A DNA stretch of 64,000 bases from an uncultured Clostridia bacterium (GTDB taxonomy: Bacteria > Bacillota > Clostridia > TANB77 > CAG-508). The stretch covers positions 11,652 through 75,651 of the forward strand of contig CAKOPZ010000004.1 in the NCBI GenBank assembly GCA_934101145.1, in the 5' to 3' direction. Position numbers and translations under genes: made by a program. A model generated the notes under the pieces. That model saw only the letters and a program-made list of their open reading frames with translations, searched no databases and was not told the origin of the DNA. Below, one piece after another: positions 1 through 10,310 of this stretch (the stretch's first letter is position 1; the number at the start of each line of letters is the position of its first letter).

Positions 1-292
1 ATTGATGATTATTTAACAGCTTATAATGCAACTATAACAAAATAGTTATTAATTTAAATAGTTTAAAATTAATTTAAACTAAATAGAGGTTATCTATATG
101 GTATCATTTTATGATAATTATATTTAGGTAACCTCTGTTGTTATATATTAAGAAATAAAAGATTTAGTGTATAACAAATACTATAATCACTGTTGCTTTT
201 GAGATTTCATTGTTACATTCGGAAATTAAAATCGGTGAAAACAAATGACGAAAAAAGTTGCTTTGTTCATATAATTATGATTGGAGGGAAAT

Positions 293-1120
293 ATGGACTA
301 TATATTATATTTATTGATTTTTTGCATAGGTACAGTTTTTGGTAGTTTTTTTACTCTTGCTGTATATAGAATTCCACTTAGACAAGACATAACACATACT
401 CGTTCATATTGTCCAAAGTGTAATCATAAATTATCTTTTTGGGATATGATTCCAATTTTAAGCTATGTATTTTTGGGAGGAAAATGCAGATATTGTAAAC
501 AAAAAATTAGACCAAGATATTTGCTACTTGAAATTTTATCTGGAATCGTTTTTGTTTTATTTGCGATTTCAATTAGATTTAGCATTTGGAATGTTGTGTT
601 CTTAGACAAGCAGGTTATATCATATTTAGTTGCAGGATTATTATACATTGCAACATTATTTATAATTGCTGGAATTGATAAGGAGAATATAAAAATTGAA
701 AAGCCGGTACTATTATTTGGCTTTATTTGTGTTACTTTATATATGATGTATCTATATATAGTAGGGATAGAAACTAATGTATATAGATATGTTATATGTT
801 TAGTGTGCTTTTTAATATTAACATTTACAGATACAATTTACATAAGAAAAAATGCAAAAGAAAATTATACAATAGATATTTTATTATTATTAATCGTAAT
901 GCTTATGTTTACATATGAAACGGTATGTATTTATACAATAATAATTACTATGGTAGCAATTGCAATACAATTAATATTAAAAAGAATTTGTATAAAAAAG
1001 AATAAGTGTGTAAAGAAACAAGAAACTGTTAATACAAAAATTCCGATTGGATTTTATATGTGTATTGCAAATATAGTGGCTTTAATTGTAAGTAATTTAT
1101 ACATATTCTATTACTTGTAA
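293..1120 (+). CDS. pilD: Prepilin peptidase / N-methyltransferase (A24 family, PilD-like)
   Basis: Cys box CPKCNHKL..GGKCRYCKQKI followed by a polytopic membrane body. GGAGGG lies 6 nt upstream of ATG 293 (the track ORF starts at an upstream TTG 281). It heads a pilB-pilT-pilC cluster. Confidence 0.8.
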   Translation: MDYILYLLIFCIGTVFGSFFTLAVYRIPLRQDITHTRSYCPKCNHKLSFWDMIPILSYVFLGGKCRYCKQKIRPRYLLLEILSGIVFVLFAISIRFSIWNVVFLDKQVISYLVAGLLYIATLFIIAGIDKENIKIEKPVLLFGFICVTLYMMYLYIVGIETNVYRYVICLVCFLILTFTDTIYIRKNAKENYTIDILLLLIVMLMFTYETVCIYTIIITMVAIAIQLILKRICIKKNKCVKKQETVNTKIPIGFYMCIANIVALIVSNLYIFYYL

Positions 1121-1138
1121 TAAAGAAAAGAGGTAAAA

Positions 1139-1546
1139 ATGAAGGTTGCAAATTTAAAATCAGAATCTGGTTTTACAATGACTGATTTGGTGGTCGCATT
1201 AATAATATTTTCTATGCTTGCAGGTCTTGTTGGTACATTTTTATATTCTTCATATAAATCACAACTAGAGACAAAGCTTGCTGGAGATGCAAGTTATTAT
1301 GCTATAAAGATATTAGAAGATATTGATAAAATAAGTTATGATGATGTTACAAATGGTATGGAAAGTAATTATAAATCAAAATTTTCTATTCCAAGTGGAT
1401 ATAATTTGACATTGGAAGTTAGCAATTACAATGAAGGAACAAGCAAATTAGATCTTATAAAAAATGTAAAATTAACAATAAAATATGGACTTGATAATGA
1501 AACAAAGTCTATTGTAATAAACAAAATAAAAGTAAAAGAGGTCTAA
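1139..1546 (+). CDS. Type IV pilin / pseudopilin-like protein
   Basis: N-terminus MKVANLKSESG|FTMTDLVVALIIFSMLAG is a prepilin-type leader plus hydrophobic helix, with Asp rather than Glu at +5. It sits next to pilD and pilB. Confidence 0.65.
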   Translation: MKVANLKSESGFTMTDLVVALIIFSMLAGLVGTFLYSSYKSQLETKLAGDASYYAIKILEDIDKISYDDVTNGMESNYKSKFSIPSGYNLTLEVSNYNEGTSKLDLIKNVKLTIKYGLDNETKSIVINKIKVKEV

Positions 1547-1579
1547 TTTATAATTAATCTTAGAAAGGATAGATTACTT

Positions 1580-2017
1580 ATGAAGTGTGAAAAAGGTGTA
1601 ACATTAACAGCATTGGTTGCATATGTAATGGTTTTTATGATAATTATAAGCATTGTTTCTATGATATCAACACATTTTTATGGAAATCTTGCAAAAGTAA
1701 AGGAGCCAGCGAAATATGTTTTGGAATTTAATAAATTTGCTATGTTTTTTATAACAGACGTAAAATTAAATAATTCTATTAATTCAATTTCCACAACTTC
1801 AATTGAATTTGGGGATGGAACAAAATATGAATATAAAAATAGTAAAATATATAGAAATAATCAGGCTATTTGCAAAAATGTATCTTCATTTGAATTTACA
1901 AAAGGTGAATACACAGAAAATAATTATAGCAAAACATTAGTTAATGTTAAAGCAGTATATGGACAAAGTGAGAATGCATTAAGTAGAACAGTAGACTTTG
2001 TTTTAAAATATTGGTAA
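1580..2017 (+). CDS. Minor pilin-like protein with degenerate prepilin leader
   Basis: MKCEKG|VTLTALVAYVMVFMIII is a short basic leader, Gly, then a hydrophobic helix with no acidic +5 residue. It lies inside the pilus cluster. Confidence 0.45.
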   Translation: MKCEKGVTLTALVAYVMVFMIIISIVSMISTHFYGNLAKVKEPAKYVLEFNKFAMFFITDVKLNNSINSISTTSIEFGDGTKYEYKNSKIYRNNQAICKNVSSFEFTKGEYTENNYSKTLVNVKAVYGQSENALSRTVDFVLKYW

Positions 2018-2103
2018 ATTAATGTAAATAATAATAAGTACTATTTAAAATGTTTATGATATAGTATAATAGTTTTATATAAACAAAAGAAAGGAGAATT
2101 ACT

Positions 2104-3729
2104 ATGGGGGAAAGAAATAGACAACCTTTAGGAATAGAACTTGTAAAAAGAGGAATAGTAACAGAAGAGGATATAACAAGAGCACTTGAATTTCAAAAAA
2201 CACAACCAGGAAGAAAACTAGGAGATATATTAAATACTTTAAAAGTTTGTGATTCATATGTGCTGATAGATGCTATTGGAGATATTTTGGAAGAAAATGC
2301 AATGTTTCTTCGTGAAAGCGACATAAAGGTTAATATACTTGATTATATTTCAATAGATCTTGCTAAAGCCAACAAAGCAATTCCTTTTGAAGTTGGTGGA
2401 GGTAAAATTAAGGTGTGTTTTGCAGATACATCAAATAAAAAATCTGTAGAAACAATTAGACTTTTATTGTTAAATAGAGGGCTAATTATGGAAAAATATA
2501 TTACATTTGCTACCAATATTGAAAATATTTTAGCAAGTTTAGAAGGAAAATCTGGAGATATTGATATTAATGCTGATGTATCAGGCTTAATAGATAGTGT
2601 AATAAAATCTGCTATGGAGAAAAGAGCAAGTGATATTCATATAGAGCCACTTCAAAAATCATTAAGAATTAGGTATAGAATTGATGGACAATTGGTAACA
2701 GTTACAACAATTGATAATGAAAAACAATCACAAATAATTGGAAGACTTAAGGCTATATCTAATATGCATCAAGAAAAACAAGAATCTCAAGATGGAAGAA
2801 TTATCATGTATCCAGACTATAATATTCGTGTGTCTTCACAAAAAAATATTTATGGTGAAAAATTCGTTTTGAGATTACTTAAAAAGAATGAAAATGTTAA
2901 GGAAATATTTGAGCTTGGTTTTCCAAGAGATGAAAAATTATTAAAAGATGCATTTAATAAGAAAAATAGTATTACAGTTATTGCAGCACCAACTGGAGAA
3001 GGAAAAACTACTACTTTATATAGTATTATTGATTACCTAAATAGACCAGAAATAAATATTACAACAATTGAGGATCCAGTAGAAATTCGTATTAATGGAT
3101 TAAATCAAATTGAAATTGATAATAAAACAACATTTGCAGGTTCTTTAAGAACAGTTTTAAGACAGGATCCAGATATTATATTAGTTGGTGAAATTAGAGA
3201 TGATGAAACAGCAGAGATTGCAATGCAAGCTGGACAAACAGGTCATTATGTATTATCAACAATTCATACAATAAATAGCATAGAAGTTGTAACAAGATTA
3301 AGAAAAATGGGGATATCAAATTACGATATTTCAAGTACACTTGCTACAGCTGTATCACAAAGATTAGTAAGAAAATTGTGTCCAAACTGCAGAAAAGAAA
3401 GAGACTTTACTAAAGAAGAGATAGAAATTATGACTAAAATAGGAAATCAGTATGGTGTTTCATTTGATTTTGAAGGTAAAAAGACATATGATGCAGTAGG
3501 ATGTAAAAAATGCAATAATAGTGGGTATTATGAGAGAATAGGTATTTTCGAAGTATTAATATTAAATGATAAGATTAGAACATTAATTTCAAACAATGCA
3601 CCTGTAATTGATATAAAAAAAGCTGCTATGGAAGAAGGATATTTACCACTTGTTATTGATGGTATAAAAAGAGTTTTAGATGGCACAACAAATTTAAATG
3701 AACTAAATAATAAATTAGCACTTTATTAA
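2104..3729 (+). CDS. pilB: Type IV pilus assembly ATPase (GspE/PilB family) with MshEN-like N-terminal domain
   Basis: Walker A APTGEGKTTT, Asp/His boxes and a C-terminal tetracysteine (CPNC..CKKC). The N-terminus has PLGIELVKRGIVTEEDITRALEFQ. Confidence 0.9.
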   Translation: MGERNRQPLGIELVKRGIVTEEDITRALEFQKTQPGRKLGDILNTLKVCDSYVLIDAIGDILEENAMFLRESDIKVNILDYISIDLAKANKAIPFEVGGGKIKVCFADTSNKKSVETIRLLLLNRGLIMEKYITFATNIENILASLEGKSGDIDINADVSGLIDSVIKSAMEKRASDIHIEPLQKSLRIRYRIDGQLVTVTTIDNEKQSQIIGRLKAISNMHQEKQESQDGRIIMYPDYNIRVSSQKNIYGEKFVLRLLKKNENVKEIFELGFPRDEKLLKDAFNKKNSITVIAAPTGEGKTTTLYSIIDYLNRPEINITTIEDPVEIRINGLNQIEIDNKTTFAGSLRTVLRQDPDIILVGEIRDDETAEIAMQAGQTGHYVLSTIHTINSIEVVTRLRKMGISNYDISSTLATAVSQRLVRKLCPNCRKERDFTKEEIEIMTKIGNQYGVSFDFEGKKTYDAVGCKKCNNSGYYERIGIFEVLILNDKIRTLISNNAPVIDIKKAAMEEGYLPLVIDGIKRVLDGTTNLNELNNKLALY

Positions 3730-3753
3730 TATTAAAGGTTAGGAGGGAAACGA

Positions 3754-4872
3754 ATGATAGATATAGATTTAATATTGACAATAGCCAAAGAAAGAGATGC
3801 TTCTGATGTGCATTTAATATGTGGAATGAAGCCTATACTAAGAATTATGAGAAAATTAGTTCATATTGAGGAATTAGAAGAACTTACAGTTGACGATATG
3901 AATGATGCATACGATTATTTTGTACGTGGAAATCTAGATAAAGACAAAGTATTCAAAGATACAAGAAAACTAGACTGTTCATATGAATTTGAAGACATAC
4001 GTTTAAGGGTAAATATTTCATATTCTGATGAAATTCCATTGTTTACATTAAGACTTATAAAAAAGAATTTACCTAAATATGAAGAACTGGGTGTACCAGA
4101 TGTTGTAAGGAGGATGACACATCAACCACAAGGATTGATTTTGGTAACAGGAAAAACAAACTCTGGTAAAACAACAACACTTAATGCTTTGATTAATGAA
4201 ATAAATGAGACACAAAATAAAAAGATTTTAACATTGGAGAATCCTGTTGAATATAAACACAAATCAAAAAAATCAGTAATAGTTCAAAAGGAAATTGGTC
4301 TTGGACGCGATTGCTTAACATTTAGTGATGGTGTTAAAAACTCTTTAAGAGAGGACTGTGATATTCTTGTAATAGGTGAGATTAGAGATAAGGAAACAAT
4401 GGAAGCTGCAATTGAAACAGCAGAGTCAGGACATTTGGTTATTGGAACACTGCATACAAAATCATGTGCTGAAACAATAGACAGAATGGTAAATTTCTAT
4501 GAAATAAGAGATCAACAAACTGTAAAATATATGATTTCATCATTATTAAAATTAGTTATATCACAAAGGTTATTACCATCTAAAAGAGGGGATTTAGTAT
4601 TGGTACCAGAAGTTATGGTTGTTGATAATATAATTTCGGGTATAATAAGAAAAGATAAGATAAGCGTTTCTGAAATAGAAGATGCAATTCAAAGCAATAG
4701 CGAAAAGGGAAGTATAGGACTTATAAATTCTATAGCAGAGTTATTTGTCAATGATGTTATTACATTAGAGCAAGCAAAAGCTCAAATAGAAGAGAAAAAT
4801 ATAGAGATTTTAAATAGAACAATAATGCAATTAAAAATAAAAAGAGATAGAGAAAATAGAATAGAACAATAA
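3754..4872 (+). CDS. pilT: Twitching-motility / retraction ATPase (PilT family)
   Basis: ASDVHL motif and Walker A GKTNSGKTTT, at PilT-like length (372 aa) without the GspE N-domain. Confidence 0.85.
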   Translation: MIDIDLILTIAKERDASDVHLICGMKPILRIMRKLVHIEELEELTVDDMNDAYDYFVRGNLDKDKVFKDTRKLDCSYEFEDIRLRVNISYSDEIPLFTLRLIKKNLPKYEELGVPDVVRRMTHQPQGLILVTGKTNSGKTTTLNALINEINETQNKKILTLENPVEYKHKSKKSVIVQKEIGLGRDCLTFSDGVKNSLREDCDILVIGEIRDKETMEAAIETAESGHLVIGTLHTKSCAETIDRMVNFYEIRDQQTVKYMISSLLKLVISQRLLPSKRGDLVLVPEVMVVDNIISGIIRKDKISVSEIEDAIQSNSEKGSIGLINSIAELFVNDVITLEQAKAQIEEKNIEILNRTIMQLKIKRDRENRIEQ

Positions 4873-4923
4873 AATACATATCTATGAATATTAGATATAA
4901 ATAATTGTTAAAAGGAGGAGGAA

Positions 4924-6288
4924 ATGCCAGAGTATAGATACAGAGCGATAACTGATAAGGGACAAATTGTAAATAATAGAGTAGAAGATGTAAATAGAAA
5001 TACTTTAATTAAAAGATTAAAAAACAACAATTTGTTGCCTATTAGTATTACGCAAGTTAGGTATAATAGTAAAAAGAAAAAAGTAAGTAAAAGAAATGTT
5101 ATGGATATTGCAGATATCATGAAACAGGCCGATTCATCTAATATTTTACAAGGTAGAATTGTTAATAAGCCAAAATTTAAAGAAAGAGTTAATCTTGCAC
5201 TTGCTAGGGATGAAAAGGTAACTCCAAGAGATATAATAATTTTTACTCAAAATTTTTATTTACTTAAAAAAGCTAATTTTAATAATATTCATGCATTAAG
5301 TACAATAATTGAAAGTACAGAGAATATGACTTTAAGAGGAGTACTTGAAGACATACTTGCTGGTGTTGAAGATGGTGAATATATGTATACAACAATGGAA
5401 TATTATTCTAATATATTTCCATATCTTTATACAAATATGATTAAGGTTGGAGAGTTATCAGGAAATCTTACAAAATCACTTGAACAAGCTGTAAAGTATA
5501 TGGAAACATCAACTGATACAAGTAATAAGCTTAGAAAAATAATACTTCCAAATGCTATACAATTGGTTCTATTAATTGGTTTATTAATATTTGGTGTAGC
5601 ATATATTATACCTTTAATACAAGAATCTTTTGCTGCTGCAGGAGCTACTACTCAACTTCCTGCAATAACGCTTTGGTTTGTTGATTTTTGTAATCGAGTA
5701 CAGCAATTCTGGTATATTCCAGTGATAATAATTGCAGGAATTGCTACAATTATTGTAACATACATTAATACTCCAAAAGGTAAATATAATTTTCACTATT
5801 TTAAATACAAAATGCCAGTGTTTGGAAGCCTAATTTATGCTATGGATTTTGAAAGATTAATGAAAGCTATGCTTTTAAATTTGGAGAATGGTATGAGAAT
5901 TCAAGAGGCATTAGAGGTTAGTAAATCAGTAGTAAAAAACTATGTTATGCTTTCTATTATTGAAACGGCTATTAACAATATTTTAATTGGTGCATCTTGG
6001 ATAGAGCCATTTGAAAGATCAGGACTTTCATCTTCAATGGAAACTGAAATGCTTAAAATAGGTATGCAAACAGATTTAACTGGAATGATGAGAAAACTTG
6101 TTGAATATATGGAAATTGATATAGAGAACAAAATGCAGAAAGTAATGAGCGTATTACCACAAATTGTATATGCAATTGTTGGTATAGCATTGATTTTCTT
6201 GGTAATTGTAATTATTGTACCTTGTATACAATTGTATATGGGTGATTGGCTATTTGACTCTGTAGACTTACCAGAACAATTCAAATAA
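4924..6288 (+). CDS. pilC: Type IV pilus platform protein (GspF/PilC family)
   Basis: Two GspF-type repeats with interspersed TM segments. It follows pilB/pilT. Confidence 0.85.
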   Translation: MPEYRYRAITDKGQIVNNRVEDVNRNTLIKRLKNNNLLPISITQVRYNSKKKKVSKRNVMDIADIMKQADSSNILQGRIVNKPKFKERVNLALARDEKVTPRDIIIFTQNFYLLKKANFNNIHALSTIIESTENMTLRGVLEDILAGVEDGEYMYTTMEYYSNIFPYLYTNMIKVGELSGNLTKSLEQAVKYMETSTDTSNKLRKIILPNAIQLVLLIGLLIFGVAYIIPLIQESFAAAGATTQLPAITLWFVDFCNRVQQFWYIPVIIIAGIATIIVTYINTPKGKYNFHYFKYKMPVFGSLIYAMDFERLMKAMLLNLENGMRIQEALEVSKSVVKNYVMLSIIETAINNILIGASWIEPFERSGLSSSMETEMLKIGMQTDLTGMMRKLVEYMEIDIENKMQKVMSVLPQIVYAIVGIALIFLVIVIIVPCIQLYMGDWLFDSVDLPEQFK

Positions 6289-6321
6289 ATGTTATTATTA
6301 AATATGAATAAAGCAACTAAG

Positions 6322-6350
6322 TTGACAAAAATAGTAAAAAATAGTATAAT
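6322..6350 (+). promoter_or_regulatory. Consensus sigma-A promoter (TTGACA-17-TATAAT)
   Basis: TTGACA at 6322-6327, an exact 17-nt spacer, and TATAAT at 6345-6350. Confidence 0.6.
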
Positions 6351-6356
6351 CTATAA

Positions 6357-6581
6357 CAGATGTTACCAAAATAGGTAAAGAAGAGATTTATATGTGATAT
6401 AAAAACAAGATTAAATTGTAAACGAAGAGCGGATTATATATTTTTTATAGGTATATTTTTATAATATATAAATAGTTGATTAGTTGTTAGAAAATAACAA
6501 TGTTTATTTTGTGCGGGAAAAATTAAACAATAGACAAAATATATAACCAAAAAAGTAGTTTATAATAAACTACTTTTTTTC
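6357..6581 (+). ncRNA. Candidate ~225-nt non-coding transcript or terminated leader upstream of rnj
   Basis: Bounded by the consensus promoter at 6322-6350 and the intrinsic terminator at 6549-6581. There is no credible ORF inside. Confidence 0.3.
6549..6581 (+). terminator. Intrinsic terminator
   Basis: AAAAGTAGTTTAT/ATAAACTAC hairpin followed by a T7 run. Confidence 0.7.
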
Positions 6582-6651
6582 TAATATTGGAAAGGTAAAA
6601 ATTTCCTATTTGACATATATAAATAATTACTAAAAAAGAGAGGATGATAAA

Positions 6652-8598
6652 ATGAAAGAGGAAACATCAGGTATGACTGGTTCTACAGAAAAGAACATAC
6701 CACAAAAAGAAAAACAAACTCGAAGAATGCCAAGAAGAAAAAGTACAAGAATAGATGGCAATAAGAGTACACAAAATGTAGAAGCTAAAAAAAGAAGAAC
6801 TTCAAAAAAGGGAGAAGAAAAAATAAAAGGAAAACTAAGAAAAGAAGAGAAATCTCATTCAGAAGTGACAAAAAGTAACATATATTTGGAAGAAAGAAGA
6901 AAGATGCAAAGAAAACCTAGTATTCCAAAATTTGAATTTAAAAAAGAAAATTTGAAAATTATACCACTAGGTGGATTAGATGAAATCGGAAAAAATATAA
7001 CAGTTTTTGAATATGGAAATGAGATTGTTTTAGTAGACTGTGGACTAGAATTTCCAGAAGATGATATGCTTGGAGTAGATTTAGTTATTCCAGATATCAC
7101 TTATCTTGAAAAAAACAAAGAAAAAATAAAAGGACTTGTAATAACACATGGTCACGAAGATCATATTGGTTCAATACCATATTTACTAAGACAAATTAAT
7201 GTACCAATTTATGCTACAAAATTAACTATTGGATTAATACAAAATAAACTTGAAGAACATAAATTACTTGCAAGTACAAAACTAGTAACAGTTGAACAAG
7301 GTCAAACTGTTAACTTTGGAAATATAAAAGTAGAATTTATAAGAAGTAGCCATAGTATTCCAGATTCTGTAATGCTTGCAATTACCACACCAGCAGGAAC
7401 TGTACTTCATACAGGTGACTTTAAAATTGATTATACACCAATTGATAATCAATTAATGGATTTAGGAAGAATAGCAGAACTTGGGAATAAGGGAATTTTA
7501 GCACTTCTTTCTGATAGTACAAATGCTGAAAGAAAAGGATTCACAATGTCGGAAAGTTCAGTTGGAGAGGTTTTTGATAGATTGTTCCAACATAATTCAA
7601 AAAGAATAGTTGTTGCAACTTTTGCATCAAATGTGCATAGAGTACAACAAATAGTAAATTCAGCTGTAAAATATGGTAGAAAAATTGCAGTATGTGGTAG
7701 AAGTATGATAAATATGATTGAAACAGCAAGAGAACTAGGATATATAGATTCTCCTGAAAATTTATTTATTGATATTGATATGATAAAAAATTATACAGAT
7801 GACCAATTAGTTATAATTACAACAGGAAGTCAAGGAGAGACAATGTCTGCATTAACAAGAATGGCAGCAGGTGAGCACAAAAAAGTTGTTATTACACCAA
7901 ATGATATGGTAATTATTTCTGCAACACCAATACCAGGAAACGAAAAACTTGTATCGAATGTTATAAATGATTTAATGCAAATAGGTGCAGAGGTTGTATA
8001 TAGTGCATTAGAAGATATACACGTATCAGGTCACGCATGTCAAGAAGAGCAAAAATTGATTTTAGCATTAGCAAGACCAAAGTATTTTATACCAGTACAT
8101 GGAGAGTACAAACAACTTAGAGCACATGCAGAAACAGCAAAAAAAATGGGAATACCACCAGAAAATATATTCTTGCTTAATAATGGTAGAGTATTAGAGC
8201 TTAATAAAAAAGAAGCTAAAATTACAACCTCAGTTCCATCAGGAAGAATACTTGTTGATGGTTTAGGTGTTGGAGATGTTGGAAACATAGTACTTCGTGA
8301 TAGACAACATTTATCACAAGATGGACTTATTGTAATAGTTATGACAATGGATTCTTCAACAGGAGAAATTGTTTCAGGTCCAGATGTGGTATCTAGAGGA
8401 TTTGTATATGTTAGAGAATCAGAAAATCTTATGGAAGATGTAAAAAGAGCAATAAGGGACGAAGTAAGAATGTTTGAAGAACATGGAATTCGTGATTGGT
8501 CAACAATAAAATCTACATTAAAAGATAATTTAAGAGACTATATATTCCAAAGAACAAAACGTAACCCTATGATACTACCAATTATAATGGAAGTGTAG
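6652..8598 (+). CDS. rnj: Ribonuclease J with ~95-aa Lys/Arg-rich N-terminal extension
   Basis: Beta-lactamase motif ITHGHEDHIG, beta-CASP and a C-terminal domain. The conserved core starts at KIIPLGGLDEIGKN. Confidence 0.9.
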   Translation: MKEETSGMTGSTEKNIPQKEKQTRRMPRRKSTRIDGNKSTQNVEAKKRRTSKKGEEKIKGKLRKEEKSHSEVTKSNIYLEERRKMQRKPSIPKFEFKKENLKIIPLGGLDEIGKNITVFEYGNEIVLVDCGLEFPEDDMLGVDLVIPDITYLEKNKEKIKGLVITHGHEDHIGSIPYLLRQINVPIYATKLTIGLIQNKLEEHKLLASTKLVTVEQGQTVNFGNIKVEFIRSSHSIPDSVMLAITTPAGTVLHTGDFKIDYTPIDNQLMDLGRIAELGNKGILALLSDSTNAERKGFTMSESSVGEVFDRLFQHNSKRIVVATFASNVHRVQQIVNSAVKYGRKIAVCGRSMINMIETARELGYIDSPENLFIDIDMIKNYTDDQLVIITTGSQGETMSALTRMAAGEHKKVVITPNDMVIISATPIPGNEKLVSNVINDLMQIGAEVVYSALEDIHVSGHACQEEQKLILALARPKYFIPVHGEYKQLRAHAETAKKMGIPPENIFLLNNGRVLELNKKEAKITTSVPSGRILVDGLGVGDVGNIVLRDRQHLSQDGLIVIVMTMDSSTGEIVSGPDVVSRGFVYVRESENLMEDVKRAIRDEVRMFEEHGIRDWSTIKSTLKDNLRDYIFQRTKRNPMILPIIMEV

Positions 8599-8627
8599 AA
8601 AAATATTAAATAAGGGAGAGATATATA

Positions 8628-10289
8628 ATGAATTATAAAGATTTAGCAGATTTAATATTTCCAAATGCAAAAGATATAAGCTATTACGAAGAAAAATATC
8701 CAGAAAGAAATTTGCCAGAAGGAGCAATAGTAACAAGATTTGCACCTAGTCCAACAGGTGTTATGCATATAGGTGGGCTTTATCAAGCATTAATTGCAAG
8801 AGTTTTAGCGGATAAAACTCAAGGGGTATTTTTCCTAAGAATAGAAGACACCGATCAAAAAAGAGAAGTAGAAAATGGTGTTACTGGAATAGTTAGTTCA
8901 CTTCAAGATTTTGATATGGCTCCAGATGAGGGAATGATAAGTGATACAGAAGAGATAGGAAATTATGGACCATATAAACAAAGTTTACGAAAAGATATAT
9001 ATGAAGCATATGCCAAATATATGATTGAACAAGGAAAAGCATATCCATGTTTTGCAACACCAGAAGAGCTTGAAGAGATGAGAGCAAAACAAGAAGCAGC
9101 TAAGATTAGACCTGGATATTATGGAGTATGGGCTAAATACAGAAACTTACCTGTAGATGAGGCAATTGAAAAAATTAAGAATGGAGAAAAGTATATAATT
9201 AGATTTAGATCACCTGGAAGAGAAGATAGAAAAATTAAACATAAAGATATTATAAAAGGTAATGTTGATTTTCCAGAGAATGATCAAGATATAGTTATAA
9301 TAAAGGCAGATGGGCTTCCAACATATCATTTTGCACATGCTGTTGATGATCATTTAATGAGAACAACACATGTAATAAGAGGAGATGAATGGCTGTCTTC
9401 TATACCACTTCACCTTCAGTTATTCCATGAGATGGGATTTAAAGCACCAAAATATGCTCATATTTCTCCAATTATGAAAAGTGATAATGGAAACAAACGT
9501 AAATTAAGTAAGAGAAAAGATCCAGAAGCAGCTGTTTCATATTATAAAGAAGAGGGAATACCGGCAGAAGTTGTAAAAGAGTATCTTATTAATATAGCCA
9601 ATTCTTCATTTGAAAATTGGAAAAAAGCAAATCCAGATAAAAATATAGAAGATTTTGATTTTCAATTAAATAAGATGAGTGTAAGTGGTGCCTTATTTGA
9701 TATGGTAAAATTACTTGATATAGGTAAAACAGTTATATCAAAGATGACAGCTGAGGAAGTATATGAAAGTGCATATACTTGGGCAAAAGAATATGATAGT
9801 GAACTTGAAGAAATGCTTAAAAATAAAGAATATTCTTTAAAGGTATTTTCAATAGAAAGAGGAAATGTAAAACCAAGAAAAGATATAAGCAAATGGAAAG
9901 AAGTAAAAAATGCAATAATTTATATGTATGATGATAAATTTGTAAAATTAGATTTAGAATATGAAGATACAAAAATTACTAATAAAAATGAAATTGCAAA
10001 AATATTAAAATTATATTTGTCAAAATATTTTGATATAAACCATGATAAACAAACTTGGTTTGACAATATAAAAGAATTAGCTGAAAAAACTGGTTATGCA
10101 AGAGAAGTTAAAATGTATAAGCAAGAGCCAGAAAAATGGCCAGGACATGTTGGAGATATTAGCACAGTTATAAGAGTAGCATTAACAGGAAGAACAAATA
10201 CACCTGATATGTATGAAATAATTCAAACACTTGGAGAAGAAAGAGTAAAACAAAGAATTGAAATGGCAATCAAAAAAATGGAAAAATAG
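8628..10289 (+). CDS. gltX: Glutamate--tRNA ligase
   Basis: Class I signatures PSPTGVMHIGG and KLSKRK. It lies 30 nt after rnj. Confidence 0.88.
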   Translation: MNYKDLADLIFPNAKDISYYEEKYPERNLPEGAIVTRFAPSPTGVMHIGGLYQALIARVLADKTQGVFFLRIEDTDQKREVENGVTGIVSSLQDFDMAPDEGMISDTEEIGNYGPYKQSLRKDIYEAYAKYMIEQGKAYPCFATPEELEEMRAKQEAAKIRPGYYGVWAKYRNLPVDEAIEKIKNGEKYIIRFRSPGREDRKIKHKDIIKGNVDFPENDQDIVIIKADGLPTYHFAHAVDDHLMRTTHVIRGDEWLSSIPLHLQLFHEMGFKAPKYAHISPIMKSDNGNKRKLSKRKDPEAAVSYYKEEGIPAEVVKEYLINIANSSFENWKKANPDKNIEDFDFQLNKMSVSGALFDMVKLLDIGKTVISKMTAEEVYESAYTWAKEYDSELEEMLKNKEYSLKVFSIERGNVKPRKDISKWKEVKNAIIYMYDDKFVKLDLEYEDTKITNKNEIAKILKLYLSKYFDINHDKQTWFDNIKELAEKTGYAREVKMYKQEPEKWPGHVGDISTVIRVALTGRTNTPDMYEIIQTLGEERVKQRIEMAIKKMEK

Positions 10290-10310
10290 TATTATAGGAG
10301 GTAGGACAAT

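Noticed and set aside
6357-6581. Possibility that the orphan transcript is 6S RNA or a known riboswitch
   Set aside because: I could find no 5'/3' closing helix or central bubble of the kind expected for 6S RNA. There is also no GC-rich conserved core matching any riboswitch class I know. It is kept only as an unclassified candidate.
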